This document shows, one piece after another, positions 10,353 to 20,992 of a DNA stretch of 64,000 bases (positions are counted from its first letter, which is position 1; each line of letters begins with the position of its first letter). The notes beneath the pieces were generated by a model. The model saw nothing but the letters and a program-made list of their open reading frames with translations, ran no database searches and had not been told where the DNA came from. The position numbers and the translations under genes were made by a program. This DNA is from a virus, in the IMG/VR virus record IMGVR_UViG_3300017987_000005, positions 105,157 through 169,156 of that record; one strand, given 5' to 3'.

Positions 10353-12365
10353 CTATGACTCCAAATCATAAGCATCAACAATAGAATCGTAATATTCTTT
10401 CTTAGAAAGAACATCCGCACGTTTATTAAAAATTTCATCATATGTCTGGCAAATCTGAACAACTTCTGCTCGAGTCCCATCAGGATTATACCGAGTTTCA
10501 ACAATCACTCCGTCGTCAAACTCAAACTCCTGCGGATTCTCGCGAATCTGCCACGCCCCATTAAATACGATATCCCACTTATCGTCATTCCATGCGTCTG
10601 CAATCGCTTGCAAAAATTCACTAACTGTCGAATACCCCGATGGGGCGGAACAGCTCCAGTTACTCCCGGACGTAATAGCGCTCGTGGCATCTTTTGTATA
10701 CATATACAACTTTCCTGTCTTATCGACAGAAGAGTCAGGCAAATCAACATCCATATCTGATAATATGGCCGATTCGAATTCCGGATTCCATCCGTTAGTA
10801 ACTACCCGCCAGTAATCAATATTCTCCATATACGGAACAACGTACGGGTCATCACTAAGATAGTCCGGGTCAAACGTCTCTCTGACAGACGGGTCGGGAA
10901 AATAAATATCAGTAAGCTTCAGCATCCGGTATCCAATCCGGGCACTATCCGTATTATCACGAACAAAAGTCTTCGGGATTCCCGAAGCAGGCGGGTGGTC
11001 ACCAGGATACGTCCAATGAATCAAACTGTAATCAGTCTTATACTCAATCTCTACTTTAGCTGGTATTGTTGGAATAGGAGGATAGGGCGCGTTCCAATCC
11101 TTAACTACCACTTCGTATGCTGATACAGACTCAATAAACGGAGTCACGTCAACATCATCAATCTCAAGAAGAGTAATATTCGCAGCACTTGCTCCGAGTA
11201 TGGGCCAATACGTCTTAATACGCATGCGCTCTACGTGAGGAGGAGTAGGGGGTGTCGGGCTAGTAAAAAATGACCATACGGCTTCATACCCAGTCTCAGC
11301 AGGAGGCTGGTTCGGAGAATCGTCAAATATCTGCGCACCAGTCCACTGGTGATATTCGCGTATCTGTGCGCTATTATACATCGCCTCGGTTTTACTTTGA
11401 AAATCATCCATAATATCGAATCCATCCTGCATCGTCTGACGATTCGAATCATCTTCAATAATAACTCCCTGTAAATCCTGCTCCGTATTCTTGAGTGTTT
11501 TCTCAAACTGCGGAAGTATCATAAGTTTATATAATTCAGACGCGGGGTCAGCCGGGTCACCACTAACGAGATAATTATAACGCAAATCTCCGACAGTAAC
11601 GAGATAACCATCACCATTAGCCTCAATAAGCTGATTAATAGCGTTCTCAAGCGCAGCCCCCTGGTCAACGTACATATACTCCTGGTCAAGGTCGGGATAA
11701 CGAAGTACGTCTCCCTCTTCAGGGTCAACAGAATGTACGATAGCCATTAACTGCTCAATAGCTGTGACATATTCTGTAGCAGTAGTCGGGGGCGTGATTC
11801 CCTCCTCGTTCATGAAATATTCTTGAATCGTTCTTATTACTCCGCCGGCTACCCACTCTATCTCGGTATGCGTATCTGCATTATTCGGCAAATAATATCC
11901 GCGAGCATCCCCAAGAACTTCATGGAATTTTACTCCGCTGTGATATAACCACTTGCTCGTGCTAACAATCTCGAACCCGAGATTCTTAAACCACTCCTCG
12001 AGTATCGTTACATCAGATGAGCCGGTAAATGAATCCTTAAAATCCTGCTCAATAAAATTCTCATATATAGATTTATTTTCAAAATATATCCAAGCAGCTC
12101 CATCAGAATAATAACCGCCGCTTAAAATCGTCGGAAGCATCTCTTCCAGAACTACCCACATCTCATCAGGAGTAACAAGTGTCGGGTCCGGCAAATCCCC
12201 ATACGTATCAACAGTACGCTCCTCTACCCCAACAATATTGTTGAGATTCACAGCGAACAACTGCGTATCAGCAGTCACTCCACGCATCCCATCAACCAAC
12301 CCGAGCTGCTGAATAAACTCAGTCTGGTCTAAGAATTTTGCTTTCTGTGTTTCGTTAAGTGCCAT
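10353..12365 (-). CDS. Hypothetical large acidic protein, probably virion-associated
   Basis: Long ORF; start moved to ATG 12365 (MALNETQK), downstream of a separate small ORF. Confidence 0.7.
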   Translation of the reverse strand: MALNETQKAKFLDQTEFIQQLGLVDGMRGVTADTQLFAVNLNNIVGVEERTVDTYGDLPDPTLVTPDEMWVVLEEMLPTILSGGYYSDGAAWIYFENKSIYENFIEQDFKDSFTGSSDVTILEEWFKNLGFEIVSTSKWLYHSGVKFHEVLGDARGYYLPNNADTHTEIEWVAGGVIRTIQEYFMNEEGITPPTTATEYVTAIEQLMAIVHSVDPEEGDVLRYPDLDQEYMYVDQGAALENAINQLIEANGDGYLVTVGDLRYNYLVSGDPADPASELYKLMILPQFEKTLKNTEQDLQGVIIEDDSNRQTMQDGFDIMDDFQSKTEAMYNSAQIREYHQWTGAQIFDDSPNQPPAETGYEAVWSFFTSPTPPTPPHVERMRIKTYWPILGASAANITLLEIDDVDVTPFIESVSAYEVVVKDWNAPYPPIPTIPAKVEIEYKTDYSLIHWTYPGDHPPASGIPKTFVRDNTDSARIGYRMLKLTDIYFPDPSVRETFDPDYLSDDPYVVPYMENIDYWRVVTNGWNPEFESAILSDMDVDLPDSSVDKTGKLYMYTKDATSAITSGSNWSCSAPSGYSTVSEFLQAIADAWNDDKWDIVFNGAWQIRENPQEFEFDDGVIVETRYNPDGTRAEVVQICQTYDEIFNKRADVLSKKEYYDSIVDAYDLES

Positions 12366-12372
12366 ACCTACC

Positions 12373-12552
12373 CTACATATGCTTATTGCCCTGCGAATCC
12401 ATAAGAGTCGCACGCAAATGTTTAACAACGGCTTTAGCAATAGCCTTAGCCAGTTTCAGCCGATACTTGGCGACATCTTTTCCGCCACCGCCCATCTCCT
12501 TATTCAGGGCATCGTTTATCTCCGCAGCAAGCTGCGCTTCGTTCATCGGCAT
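12373..12552 (-). CDS. 59-aa protein downstream of the spike gene
   Basis: MPMNEAQLAAEINDALNKEMGGGGKDVAKYRLKLAKAIAKAVVKHL...; TAATG overlap with the spike stop; below the ORF-track cutoff. Confidence 0.7.
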   Translation of the reverse strand: MPMNEAQLAAEINDALNKEMGGGGKDVAKYRLKLAKAIAKAVVKHLRATLMDSQGNKHM

Positions 12553-13412
12553 TAGTTACTACATCCTACTTTAGAAGAACCTTCAGGATGAGGCGACCCC
12601 GTGTACGGACAGATACTCTGCGTCGTAACAACATTTCCGTACGGCCCTCCACCGCCATCCCAAGTGAAATCATTTGCAACGGCAACAAAAGAACCATCAG
12701 CCTCAACCCTGAAATCTCCGCCAACGCGGATTGTCAAGCTTCCATCAATATCAACAACACTGTCCCCGGAGGCTGCTATGGACAGCAAATCCTCTATCAT
12801 GACTTTCAACGCTCCCCCGATATGCACAGAAGCGTCCTCAGACACTACAGAATAGCTTGAGAGCGACTTTTGTACAACTTTCCCATCAGGGTGTATCTCA
12901 AAAAAAGTCCCTGTAGGATGGAATACGTGGAACCTGGGGCCATCCTCATTACTCTCATCTATCTCTACGATTAGTCCTGACGGGAACTTTATGGAGCGCA
13001 CCTTGGGATATACTCCCTGATACGGGTTCTCCGGCTCATCTACTTTCCCGGTATTCCCCGGATTTATGCTATCACTTCCCTTAACCCCGCTCATCGCGCT
13101 ATCTTCTTCCCCGATTACGCGAGAATGGTACTTGTACAGCGCATCATCCCCTTTACCAAACCATACTCCGGAGTAAAGAGGTCTCTCGACATTCCCGGCT
13201 TCAAATTCAATATAAACTACAGTATCAATAGCCGGAACCCCAAAAAAATCTATGGGGAAGCAGGGGTACGCCCAAGGAAGCAACTCCTCTCCCATAATAG
13301 AGGGGACCTGTGCCCTGATACGTCCTAACTGCTCCGGGTCCTCAACTTCACGCACAATACCCCGGTATTTCCCCAGGTATTCGCGGTCTTTGTAAGGAAT
13401 TCCTTCGCTCAT
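12552..13412 (-). CDS. Baseplate central spike (gp5/gpV/VgrG OB-fold)
   Basis: GKYRGIV..VEDPEQLGRIRAQVP, VYIEFEAGNVERPLYSG, beta-repeat C-terminus ending CPYTGSPH. Confidence 0.92.
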   Translation of the reverse strand: MSEGIPYKDREYLGKYRGIVREVEDPEQLGRIRAQVPSIMGEELLPWAYPCFPIDFFGVPAIDTVVYIEFEAGNVERPLYSGVWFGKGDDALYKYHSRVIGEEDSAMSGVKGSDSINPGNTGKVDEPENPYQGVYPKVRSIKFPSGLIVEIDESNEDGPRFHVFHPTGTFFEIHPDGKVVQKSLSSYSVVSEDASVHIGGALKVMIEDLLSIAASGDSVVDIDGSLTIRVGGDFRVEADGSFVAVANDFTWDGGGGPYGNVVTTQSICPYTGSPHPEGSSKVGCSN

Positions 13413-14713
13413 GCTACCAGCACCTCTCCAGCACTTCCGCTGCTGCTTAATGTGTCATCTTTATTCATTCCGGTCTCGGCATTCGTACGCTTCTTCTCAG
13501 CTTCCGTCGCACTCGCTGTCCAAGTCCGAGTTACGTCAAAATATATCTTATACCCGCCACCGACATAATCGTGCACCACTTTGGTCATAAGGTATTCCCC
13601 GCTCCATCTTCCAATTCCGAGCAGGTTTATCGTATCGCCGGCATTAAGATTCTGCAAACCTATACAAGCTCCGGTTCCGCTTAGTATCCATCTGGATACT
13701 TTTGCGCGAGCATCAACATAAGCTTGATAACGTTCTTTTGTCTGACTATGTCCCTGATTTACAAGGAACCCATATGGGCTCTGCTGATTAACCTGCATCA
13801 GCTTATCCCACATATCGACATTATCAAATTTTGATGATGTCGTTTCAGATATCTCATCTTGAAGGTCACTCCCTTCCACCTGAAAATATTCATGAGTAAT
13901 CGGGTCCATCTGAGATGCAGCATACTGTTTTGCACGATAATCACGAAGAGTATCGACAGAAAATCCTGAAAGTGTTGACTGCTCCCCTTGACGATAACGA
14001 AGATTAACTTCTGAAAATGTGTACTTCGGCGCATGGAAATGAAGTGTACTAAATTTAACATACACGACATAACCGTAAAGACGGGCGCGCTTAATGAGAA
14101 AGTTCATATCACTTTCGTTAGCCTGAGTAATCTGATTAAACTGCTCATCAGTCTCATCTATAACTGCTTCGAATCCATATGAATCCGCTATCTCCTGAGC
14201 TATGTCGCTATCTTTCATGTCATTCCATATGCGACGTTTCTCCGGAAAACTCAGTAAAACTTCTTCGCCCCACCCTTCAATAATTACTTGAGGCTTCTCG
14301 CTAAATATCATCTTTGCAGGTCGAGTATAAAATGTCCCGACTTTTGATTCAATTCCGGCTTCTGGATATCCGACATATACTTTGAGCTTTTTATCGGCAT
14401 CCCACAGCGGTTCGTTCGTGAAGCGCCCATCTTCATTATTAAATACAACACGTGCAATAGGAATCTTATCACACGTATCTTCAACGTAGACACTTTCAAT
14501 AAATTCGGTGTAGTGATGCTTCTCCATATCCTGTCCCTCGAGTTCAACAATGAACTGCGGGTTAGCTCGAGAAGGAGGCTGGTTTACTCCTGACTTCTTC
14601 TCAGGCGATTGGGCAGCATCAGTCGAAATTCTCGACTGCTGAGTAGTGGGGATAGATTCCCCGGTATACTCTATACTACATACTTCATACTGTTCGTCTA
14701 CCAATTTTTGCAA
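13409..14713 (-). CDS. Baseplate hub (P2 gpD-like)
   Basis: KDSDIAQEIA, QANESDMNFLIKRA, GIGRWSGEYLMTKVVH. Confidence 0.88.
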   Translation of the reverse strand: MQKLVDEQYEVCSIEYTGESIPTTQQSRISTDAAQSPEKKSGVNQPPSRANPQFIVELEGQDMEKHHYTEFIESVYVEDTCDKIPIARVVFNNEDGRFTNEPLWDADKKLKVYVGYPEAGIESKVGTFYTRPAKMIFSEKPQVIIEGWGEEVLLSFPEKRRIWNDMKDSDIAQEIADSYGFEAVIDETDEQFNQITQANESDMNFLIKRARLYGYVVYVKFSTLHFHAPKYTFSEVNLRYRQGEQSTLSGFSVDTLRDYRAKQYAASQMDPITHEYFQVEGSDLQDEISETTSSKFDNVDMWDKLMQVNQQSPYGFLVNQGHSQTKERYQAYVDARAKVSRWILSGTGACIGLQNLNAGDTINLLGIGRWSGEYLMTKVVHDYVGGGYKIYFDVTRTWTASATEAEKKRTNAETGMNKDDTLSSSGSAGEVLVA

Positions 14714-14999
14714 ACTCCTGCTGTTCTGGAATATAGATTTCTCCCTCCCCCATCTCGAGGGGAAAAAGAACCTCGTTTATATCGGCAATAAGCCACCACT
14801 TACGCTCATCTTTTCCATGCGAATGGGCTACCATGTCAATCATATCGCGTTCCCGGACAAACCGCACCTTCAACGGAGTAGAGATATCTGTACGCTTGAC
14901 TGGAGTGCGTGAGTGTATAAACACTTTGACTGAACCATCAAGATGCTTAACACTCGTATACTTCAATCCGCGATATCTGCTATTTCCATATACCGGCAT
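14685..14999 (-). CDS. LysM/gpX-like tail protein
   Basis: SRY...DMIDMVAH...WWLIADIN...GEIYIP. Confidence 0.8.
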   Translation of the reverse strand: MPVYGNSRYRGLKYTSVKHLDGSVKVFIHSRTPVKRTDISTPLKVRFVRERDMIDMVAHSHGKDERKWWLIADINEVLFPLEMGEGEIYIPEQQEFAKIGRRTV

Positions 15000-15008
15000 A
15001 TAAAATCC

Positions 15009-15701
15009 TTAAATCGGTGATTCCAGGAACTCTTTAAGTTCTATATCTACATTAGCTCTCTTTATTATCCACGGGTTGTATGACCGCTGAACAAGAGGCG
15101 TTATATCAACTTTTGTAATAACACATGTGAACAGCTTCGGAGAACGGTGATGCTTCAGCCCATTGAATACTAAAATGGGCGGAGAATCCCATAATCCCGG
15201 TATAGTCATCGAACGCATGCGCAACCATTCGATACTTCCCTGCGTAGGTCTCATTCCACGAGTACTATTCGACGTTCCGCCGCGAACATGCCTGTCACCA
15301 CGGCTTCCAAGCGCGTGAACACTCTTTTCAGGCGATACGTTATAACGAACTCCGTGAGTAAGAACATTCGGACCACGCCATCCGGCACGACCTGAAGCTT
15401 CCGGCATATTATCGCCAAGCGAAAAGTCATCAAAAAACAACGTCATCGTAACAATACGCTGACCGGTTCCGTCATACTGCGGACGAACACCTTCCCACTC
15501 ACTTACTTCTTCCTCTTCATATTTAGTCTGGCGGGTATCGCTCCAAGTAGTCGGGTTATAGTGGAACAGCATTAAATCAGACGGGTCATCACGCTGGAAT
15601 AACGCCATCTTATACGTATTGGCATTTAACGGTCTCGTCTTCTGCTCATCGTCTGCGCCGAACTTTTTCGGCATCGTAGCTTTACGAGGATAATCAGCCA
15701 T
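15009..15701 (-). CDS. Tail tube initiator (gpU/CIS-tube-like)
   Basis: FHYNPTT...QYDGTGQR..TMTLFFD...PPILVF...CVITKVDI...RANVDIELKE; lies after the tape measure gene with a TAATG overlap. Confidence 0.8.
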   Translation of the reverse strand: MADYPRKATMPKKFGADDEQKTRPLNANTYKMALFQRDDPSDLMLFHYNPTTWSDTRQTKYEEEEVSEWEGVRPQYDGTGQRIVTMTLFFDDFSLGDNMPEASGRAGWRGPNVLTHGVRYNVSPEKSVHALGSRGDRHVRGGTSNSTRGMRPTQGSIEWLRMRSMTIPGLWDSPPILVFNGLKHHRSPKLFTCVITKVDITPLVQRSYNPWIIKRANVDIELKEFLESPI

Positions 15702-18700
15702 TATTTCCAACTCCCAACACCAGGCGGTTTCCTATCACCTTCGGTATGTCTGCGAAGAAGGTCCTCACCCGAATACTGAAGAACAGTTTCATATATCTTA
15801 CGTCCGTCAAGATTCAAAACAACAGGTATAACTACAGTCGGCATTGTAGAAGCTCCGCCTCCTGAAGCTGCGGCGGCTGCGGCGGCTGCTCCTCCTCCGC
15901 CTCCTCGCCCTACAGACATGTCATTATCAATACCGATACTCGCTACTGCGCTGGAGTCCCCGAGTCCTGATATCGGCGCCACGATATTTCCAGCAACAAT
16001 ATTCATTGACATATTAGCTGACATATCGCCACCACCTCCGAATATCGAACTGATTATCTTTCCAATCAATCCGAATATCCCGAATATGGATGTCAAAACT
16101 TTCAAAAATACTTTGAACAAATCAGTAACAATCTTCACTCCCTCGATAAGCTCAGGGAATAATGAATTTCCAAATAATAAATCGTATATCCACTTAAAAA
16201 CTTTATACGCTAAGTATAGCGGAGCTAAAAATGGAAAAAACAAGAAGGCAACCTTTTTCAACGCCCAGCTAAGTTTTTCAAAAAGTCCGAGCAACCACTT
16301 AAATCCGGCAACTATCCATCCGAATAATATTTTTCCGAACCACAGTAAGAATTTACCAGCATACCATATAGCAGCTCCTACTATAAACAGTATCCCGGCT
16401 ATAAGCAATATTATCGGAGCAAGCCCACTCGCCCACATAGCGGTAGCAAAATTCCACGTAGCAACTACGGCACTCCATACCATAGGAACGAGAGCTATCA
16501 ATCCAGAGATAGCTGCTGCTATCGCTTTTGCCGCTAACCCTATAAGATTAAACTTCAAAATAGCAACAGCAGCTATGAGAGCAACAATCGGTTTAGCGAG
16601 TACTTCGAATGCTTTTATCAACCCCTTTGTCGGCTTCAAAAAATCTTTGGCTGCATCTATCCACTCATTAAATTTATCCACGGCGGGAGATACAAAATCT
16701 ACTAAATCATTCCATAAATCGACAAACGGTGTCATCATATCAATCAGAACATTTATTATCCCCATAATCAATAGATTAAGAAGCTTAATAAGTATCCTGA
16801 TAATATATACTGCTGCGACTATCGGGAAAAACAGTGCTCCGAGGAATACTCCGGCAACGATAGCGACAGCCTTAAACACTTGAGCAAGTATTGATACGAG
16901 CGACCTGAACATATGCACTAGTTTCTGAACAGCTAATCCAATGGTGCGCATCAAATCAAAAAACGGCTCCAGTACAACTTTTATCAGTCCCCATGCTTTA
17001 TAAAATACGTACCCCAAGAACGCTACGGCAGCGGCTATCCCTAAAACTATCCAAGTTACAGGATTAGTAAGTAATGCCCACGTAAACTTCAGTACGGCTG
17101 CGGTAGCTCCCCATAAAGCAATAATCATTTTCTTAATAGCTACGCCCGCAGCAAATAACTGTGCTTTTCCAAACGCTATTGTCGCTGCTTCTCCAGCCAC
17201 TAACCCCGGTATGTATTTGTTCCATATCAATAAAACGTTATTCCACTGCGCTGCCCACCACGCTTTTGACGCTACGGTATTCATCACTGTAGCAGTAAAC
17301 AATCCCCAGTATTTAGCAATCAATGCTTGAGTAGAAAGTATGTGATACAGTAATGGAGTAATAAGAATCCAGAAAGCTAATGCTAACGCTCCTATGGCAG
17401 CTAAAACCCCGCCCTTTCCGAGTACTCTCATTAAAGACTGTGTCCACGATATTACTTGCTTTACAGCTCTAATGACTAGCTTAATAGCTGCAACGGCGGC
17501 AGTTATTGGGAAGAATATTACGGCAATCGCTTTCTGAAAATCAGTACTGTTCCCACTAACTACGTCGAGAATAGAATTCAATATTTTAATAGAAGCAATT
17601 AAAGCGAACACTACTCCGACTACCGATGCTATCGCAGCCCCCGCAAACCCGAACACCTGAGACAGTTTTGATAAAACTGCTGACCCTATCCTCCCCTGGG
17701 CAATCCAGTTCTGAGTAAAAGTCCCGAGCTTTCCGATATACTTTGTTACAAACGCAGTAACCTTACCCCACTGCTTTAACACTTTATTCCAAATACTCTG
17801 CCACCATACTACGGACATAATATTTGCTTTTAGTATAATGAGCTGCCCCCACAAATACTTAACTCCCTTTGAAGCTGCCGACCATGCTACTTTCCCGAAG
17901 GCAAGCATCTTTGCTCCAGCCCACTTAAGCAGATTTCCAAGTTCAGTAACAGCCTTCCCCTGCATTACCCATACTTTCCAGGTCATCCTCAGTTGCTTAG
18001 TAAACGCTGCATATACCGTGCCCATCTTCTCAGTAGTACGGACTAACAGTTTCTTAGCTAATGTCAATATTCCCATTTTATTAGCCATCATTGCAGCAGC
18101 CCAGCTTCCGCGATTCACAGCGCTCGCCCACTTAATAAGAAGTACTCTGGAAAGCATAAACAGCGTCAGTAGGGCAGATAACCCCGCCATTACTATTGTA
18201 ATAACAGTTACTAACCCTGCGGTAAGTCCTACGAGCATCCATATGGGACGAGGAATCATAAGAAGTGCGGCAAAAAATGCTATGAAAACATTTATGACAG
18301 CTCTCAGCGGAGGAAGTAATGCGGAACCAACGATAATCGCAAGGTTCTTAATAGACCCTATTAAAATCATAATTTTAGCGTGTACTGACGTAGCTGTAAT
18401 TGCATACTGCTCATTAAGTTCGGTCCCCTGGCGAAATGCGTTATTAGCAACGCCGACCTGCTTTTCAATATCGCGAACACGAGCAGTCAAACCCATGAAT
18501 ACACGAATAGCACGAGCAGCGTTCAGACCGAGTACCTCAATCGCAGGAGCAACTTCGCTCCTACTCAAGTTACCGAGTCGAGTCAACACTCTGACAAGAA
18601 TTTCCATCGGTCGTGTCTGGAGCATTGTCGAATATACTTCCTGAGTTACTCCGATAAAATCTGCAAATGCTTTTTGGCGCTTGGACATCATCGTCATAAA

Positions 18701-19417
18701 TTTAATCATCTGTGTAGCAGCAACGGTCGGCTGTTCACCGAGGTCCCTGATTACACCGGCAAGACCGATGACTTCAGGAGCAGTGAATCCCATCTGACGA
18801 GCCATACCACCCATCCTCATTGTGGTCTTAGCGAGGATGTCAGCAGTAGCAGTCGTAGTCGTCGCTACCTTAACCATAGCAGACGCAACTTTATCAGCAT
18901 TCTTCGTCAGGTCCATCCCGAATACTTTTGAGATACGACCAATAGCGATAGCAGATTCAGCTTCAGACATCACTGTCGTTTTAGACAGCTTCGCGGCAGT
19001 AAGAGCACCTTGTTTCAATGCGTCCATTCCACGGACACCGAGACGAGCAAGTTCAACAGCAGTGTTTCCAAGTTCTGCTGCGGACATCGGTAAGGTAGCT
19101 GACATCTCAAGATACGCTTTAGACAGCGAGTTAATATCAGAGACGTGCATCCGGGTAATTCGGCGAAGGTCAGTCATTATGCGTTCCATCTCGATTGCTT
19201 CGCTAACGACCTTTCCCAATCCAACGGCAAGACCTGCCGCTGCGACAGACGCTACGGCAGAGACGGCTGTCGATAAACCCATTACGGCAGACTGTGCTTT
19301 AAGCGCGCTGACAGCAGTCATGCCGAGATATTTATTGGTGCGCAGGATATTCTCCAAACCTTTCGGTTTTTCAGCGAATACCCGAATGCCCATTCCAATT
19401 AAACCACGTACTGCCAT
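15701..19417 (-). CDS. Tail tape measure protein
   Basis: 1238-aa Ala/Leu/Ile-rich helical protein with TP901-type N-terminal core; canonical position. Confidence 0.93.
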   Translation of the reverse strand: MAVRGLIGMGIRVFAEKPKGLENILRTNKYLGMTAVSALKAQSAVMGLSTAVSAVASVAAAGLAVGLGKVVSEAIEMERIMTDLRRITRMHVSDINSLSKAYLEMSATLPMSAAELGNTAVELARLGVRGMDALKQGALTAAKLSKTTVMSEAESAIAIGRISKVFGMDLTKNADKVASAMVKVATTTTATADILAKTTMRMGGMARQMGFTAPEVIGLAGVIRDLGEQPTVAATQMIKFMTMMSKRQKAFADFIGVTQEVYSTMLQTRPMEILVRVLTRLGNLSRSEVAPAIEVLGLNAARAIRVFMGLTARVRDIEKQVGVANNAFRQGTELNEQYAITATSVHAKIMILIGSIKNLAIIVGSALLPPLRAVINVFIAFFAALLMIPRPIWMLVGLTAGLVTVITIVMAGLSALLTLFMLSRVLLIKWASAVNRGSWAAAMMANKMGILTLAKKLLVRTTEKMGTVYAAFTKQLRMTWKVWVMQGKAVTELGNLLKWAGAKMLAFGKVAWSAASKGVKYLWGQLIILKANIMSVVWWQSIWNKVLKQWGKVTAFVTKYIGKLGTFTQNWIAQGRIGSAVLSKLSQVFGFAGAAIASVVGVVFALIASIKILNSILDVVSGNSTDFQKAIAVIFFPITAAVAAIKLVIRAVKQVISWTQSLMRVLGKGGVLAAIGALALAFWILITPLLYHILSTQALIAKYWGLFTATVMNTVASKAWWAAQWNNVLLIWNKYIPGLVAGEAATIAFGKAQLFAAGVAIKKMIIALWGATAAVLKFTWALLTNPVTWIVLGIAAAVAFLGYVFYKAWGLIKVVLEPFFDLMRTIGLAVQKLVHMFRSLVSILAQVFKAVAIVAGVFLGALFFPIVAAVYIIRILIKLLNLLIMGIINVLIDMMTPFVDLWNDLVDFVSPAVDKFNEWIDAAKDFLKPTKGLIKAFEVLAKPIVALIAAVAILKFNLIGLAAKAIAAAISGLIALVPMVWSAVVATWNFATAMWASGLAPIILLIAGILFIVGAAIWYAGKFLLWFGKILFGWIVAGFKWLLGLFEKLSWALKKVAFLFFPFLAPLYLAYKVFKWIYDLLFGNSLFPELIEGVKIVTDLFKVFLKVLTSIFGIFGLIGKIISSIFGGGGDMSANMSMNIVAGNIVAPISGLGDSSAVASIGIDNDMSVGRGGGGGAAAAAAAASGGGASTMPTVVIPVVLNLDGRKIYETVLQYSGEDLLRRHTEGDRKPPGVGSWK

Positions 19418-19424
19418 TAGTTAT

Positions 19425-19660
19425 CTACCTTTTACGTCCTCTTGCTCGTGCCGACCGTGCGGATGCTTCAGCTTTCCGCGCCTGCTCGTTCTTTTTATCT
19501 ATCCGTTCCATCGCTTTATCCGCAAACCACTTCAACGTAGGAAGCGGCATATTGATACATTCCGCATACCCAAAGCGAAACTCGAGTGCAATAACTGCTA
19601 TTCTTGAGTTTATCCAATCGTTGACTTTCCTTTCGTTCGAGCTTTGGGTCTCGAGAATAA
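19425..19660 (-). CDS. -1 frameshift extension of the tail assembly chaperone (gpGT-like)
   Basis: Slippery T TTT TTA at 19664-19658. The -1 frame reads ILETQSSNERKVNDWINSRIAVIALEFRFGYAECINMPLPTLKWF...GRKR to TAG 19425, 7 nt before the tape measure start. Confidence 0.75.
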
Positions 19661-20398
19661 AAAATCCGCGCCACTAACCTCCATTGTGACTTCCTGTCCA
19701 CAACTCGGGCAATCGGCGCTATGAGAAGTCTCCACTCCCGGAAGATTCTCATTAATTCCATCAGTAAGTTCGTCAATGTACTTAACAGGAAGCCCGTCAA
19801 GCTGCTTCATGAGTTCTTTTCCATCGACTTTCTTCCCGTCAGAAGTTAATATCGTACGGGCGTACATCTGGTGCTGTGCTGCGATAGGATTGTTCTGCGC
19901 AAGCTTGGCAATAATCTTCTGGTCCTCACAGTTCGGAAGACGTACAGTACAATCCCAGTTTTCGGTTTTAACATTAAACTTCGCTTCGAAATCCTCGATT
20001 TTGAAATCATCGTCATCCATCGGAAAACATTCTATGTCTCCGATTTCAAGCGTACCGCCCCACGAATTCCCGCATGCGGGACATTTAAGGTCGAGGTCGA
20101 TATGGTCACCGAGGGAAAGCTGACGTATCTTCAGAAGAAGATAGTCCGAGTCAGCCATGAGTAAACGTTTTGCCTCACGGCTCGGGGTAAAGGGATTACC
20201 ACCCACAGAAACAACACATGCGTCCAGGACAGCATTTATAATCTTATATCCGTCCTTACGCATTTCAGGCTGCGCTACTTTTTTGCGCAGCCCACCAGTC
20301 ATAGACTTAATGGTGCAGCTCTTTTCGAGCGACCCATCCTCATTGAGCACTCCACAGAGAAGCTCAATATCTACAGTGTCTTCATCAAACTTTGCCAT
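19610..20398 (-). CDS. Tail assembly chaperone (T4 gp26-like with CxxC motifs)
   Basis: LLMADSDYLLLKIRQLSLGD, CPACG, CPSCG; lies between the tube and tape measure genes. Confidence 0.8.
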   Translation of the reverse strand: MAKFDEDTVDIELLCGVLNEDGSLEKSCTIKSMTGGLRKKVAQPEMRKDGYKIINAVLDACVVSVGGNPFTPSREAKRLLMADSDYLLLKIRQLSLGDHIDLDLKCPACGNSWGGTLEIGDIECFPMDDDDFKIEDFEAKFNVKTENWDCTVRLPNCEDQKIIAKLAQNNPIAAQHQMYARTILTSDGKKVDGKELMKQLDGLPVKYIDELTDGINENLPGVETSHSADCPSCGQEVTMEVSGADFLFSRPKARTKGKSTIG

Positions 20399-20427
20399 GT
20401 TAATTCCCCTTCAAGAGAATAAGGTTG

Positions 20428-20459
20428 AGGGAGAGCCGCCTGACAAAACGACTCTCCCT
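20428..20459 (-). other. 11-bp hairpin after the tail tube gene, no U-tract
   Basis: AGGGAGAGTCG-10 nt-CGGCTCTCCCT, with a G-U pair on the minus strand. Confidence 0.55.
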
Positions 20460-20478
20460 GAAGTAACGGTCTTTTTAC

Positions 20479-20976
20479 TTAGAAACTGTCGAGCTGCGCG
20501 AAGCTGGTCCTCTCGGAAACGACGGTCAGCGTGTGAATCAGAACTTCTGATGCACCTGCATCGAGGTCGCCTACTTCAACGGCAGAAGGCCATGCATTCT
20601 CAAGCTTATACGACAGTATAACAGCCTGGTCGATTTCACCCTGAACTCTGATGATGATATCCTCGCGAATATCTTCCATAGACAACGGAGAACCGGGTTC
20701 CCCTGCGTCCATGATTGTCTTCGCAGTCTCTCTCCATCCGAGGAGCGCTGCGGTAGCCTCGTCATCGCCGGCACCGCGCTCAAGCGTAACATCCCCGGAA
20801 CTCGCCTGACCGACAAGTTTCCTCGGGTATGCAGCCATATTTCCCTCACGGTACTCAATGACCTCAGATTCATCAGAGAGACCGGATACCATAGAGAATC
20901 CAAAGGTACCGATGGCACCTATCTCTACTTCATATTTGTAGTTCCGTGAAACCTCTCTTTGTCCTATATTCGCCAT
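20479..20976 (-). CDS. Tail tube protein (T4 gp19-like family)
   Basis: FSMVSGL...IEYREGN...DVTLERG...LENAWPS...LDAGASEV. Confidence 0.95.
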   Translation of the reverse strand: MANIGQREVSRNYKYEVEIGAIGTFGFSMVSGLSDESEVIEYREGNMAAYPRKLVGQASSGDVTLERGAGDDEATAALLGWRETAKTIMDAGEPGSPLSMEDIREDIIIRVQGEIDQAVILSYKLENAWPSAVEVGDLDAGASEVLIHTLTVVSERTSFAQLDSF

Positions 20977-20992
20977 ACTATGACTCCTTCAA

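Noticed and set aside
15918-19607. Long plus-strand ORFs (321, 268, 261 aa) and similar ones at 29046-29649, 30795-31508 and 55836-56564
   Set aside because: They are antisense shadows of well-supported minus-strand genes with biased codon usage, and have no recognisable motifs.
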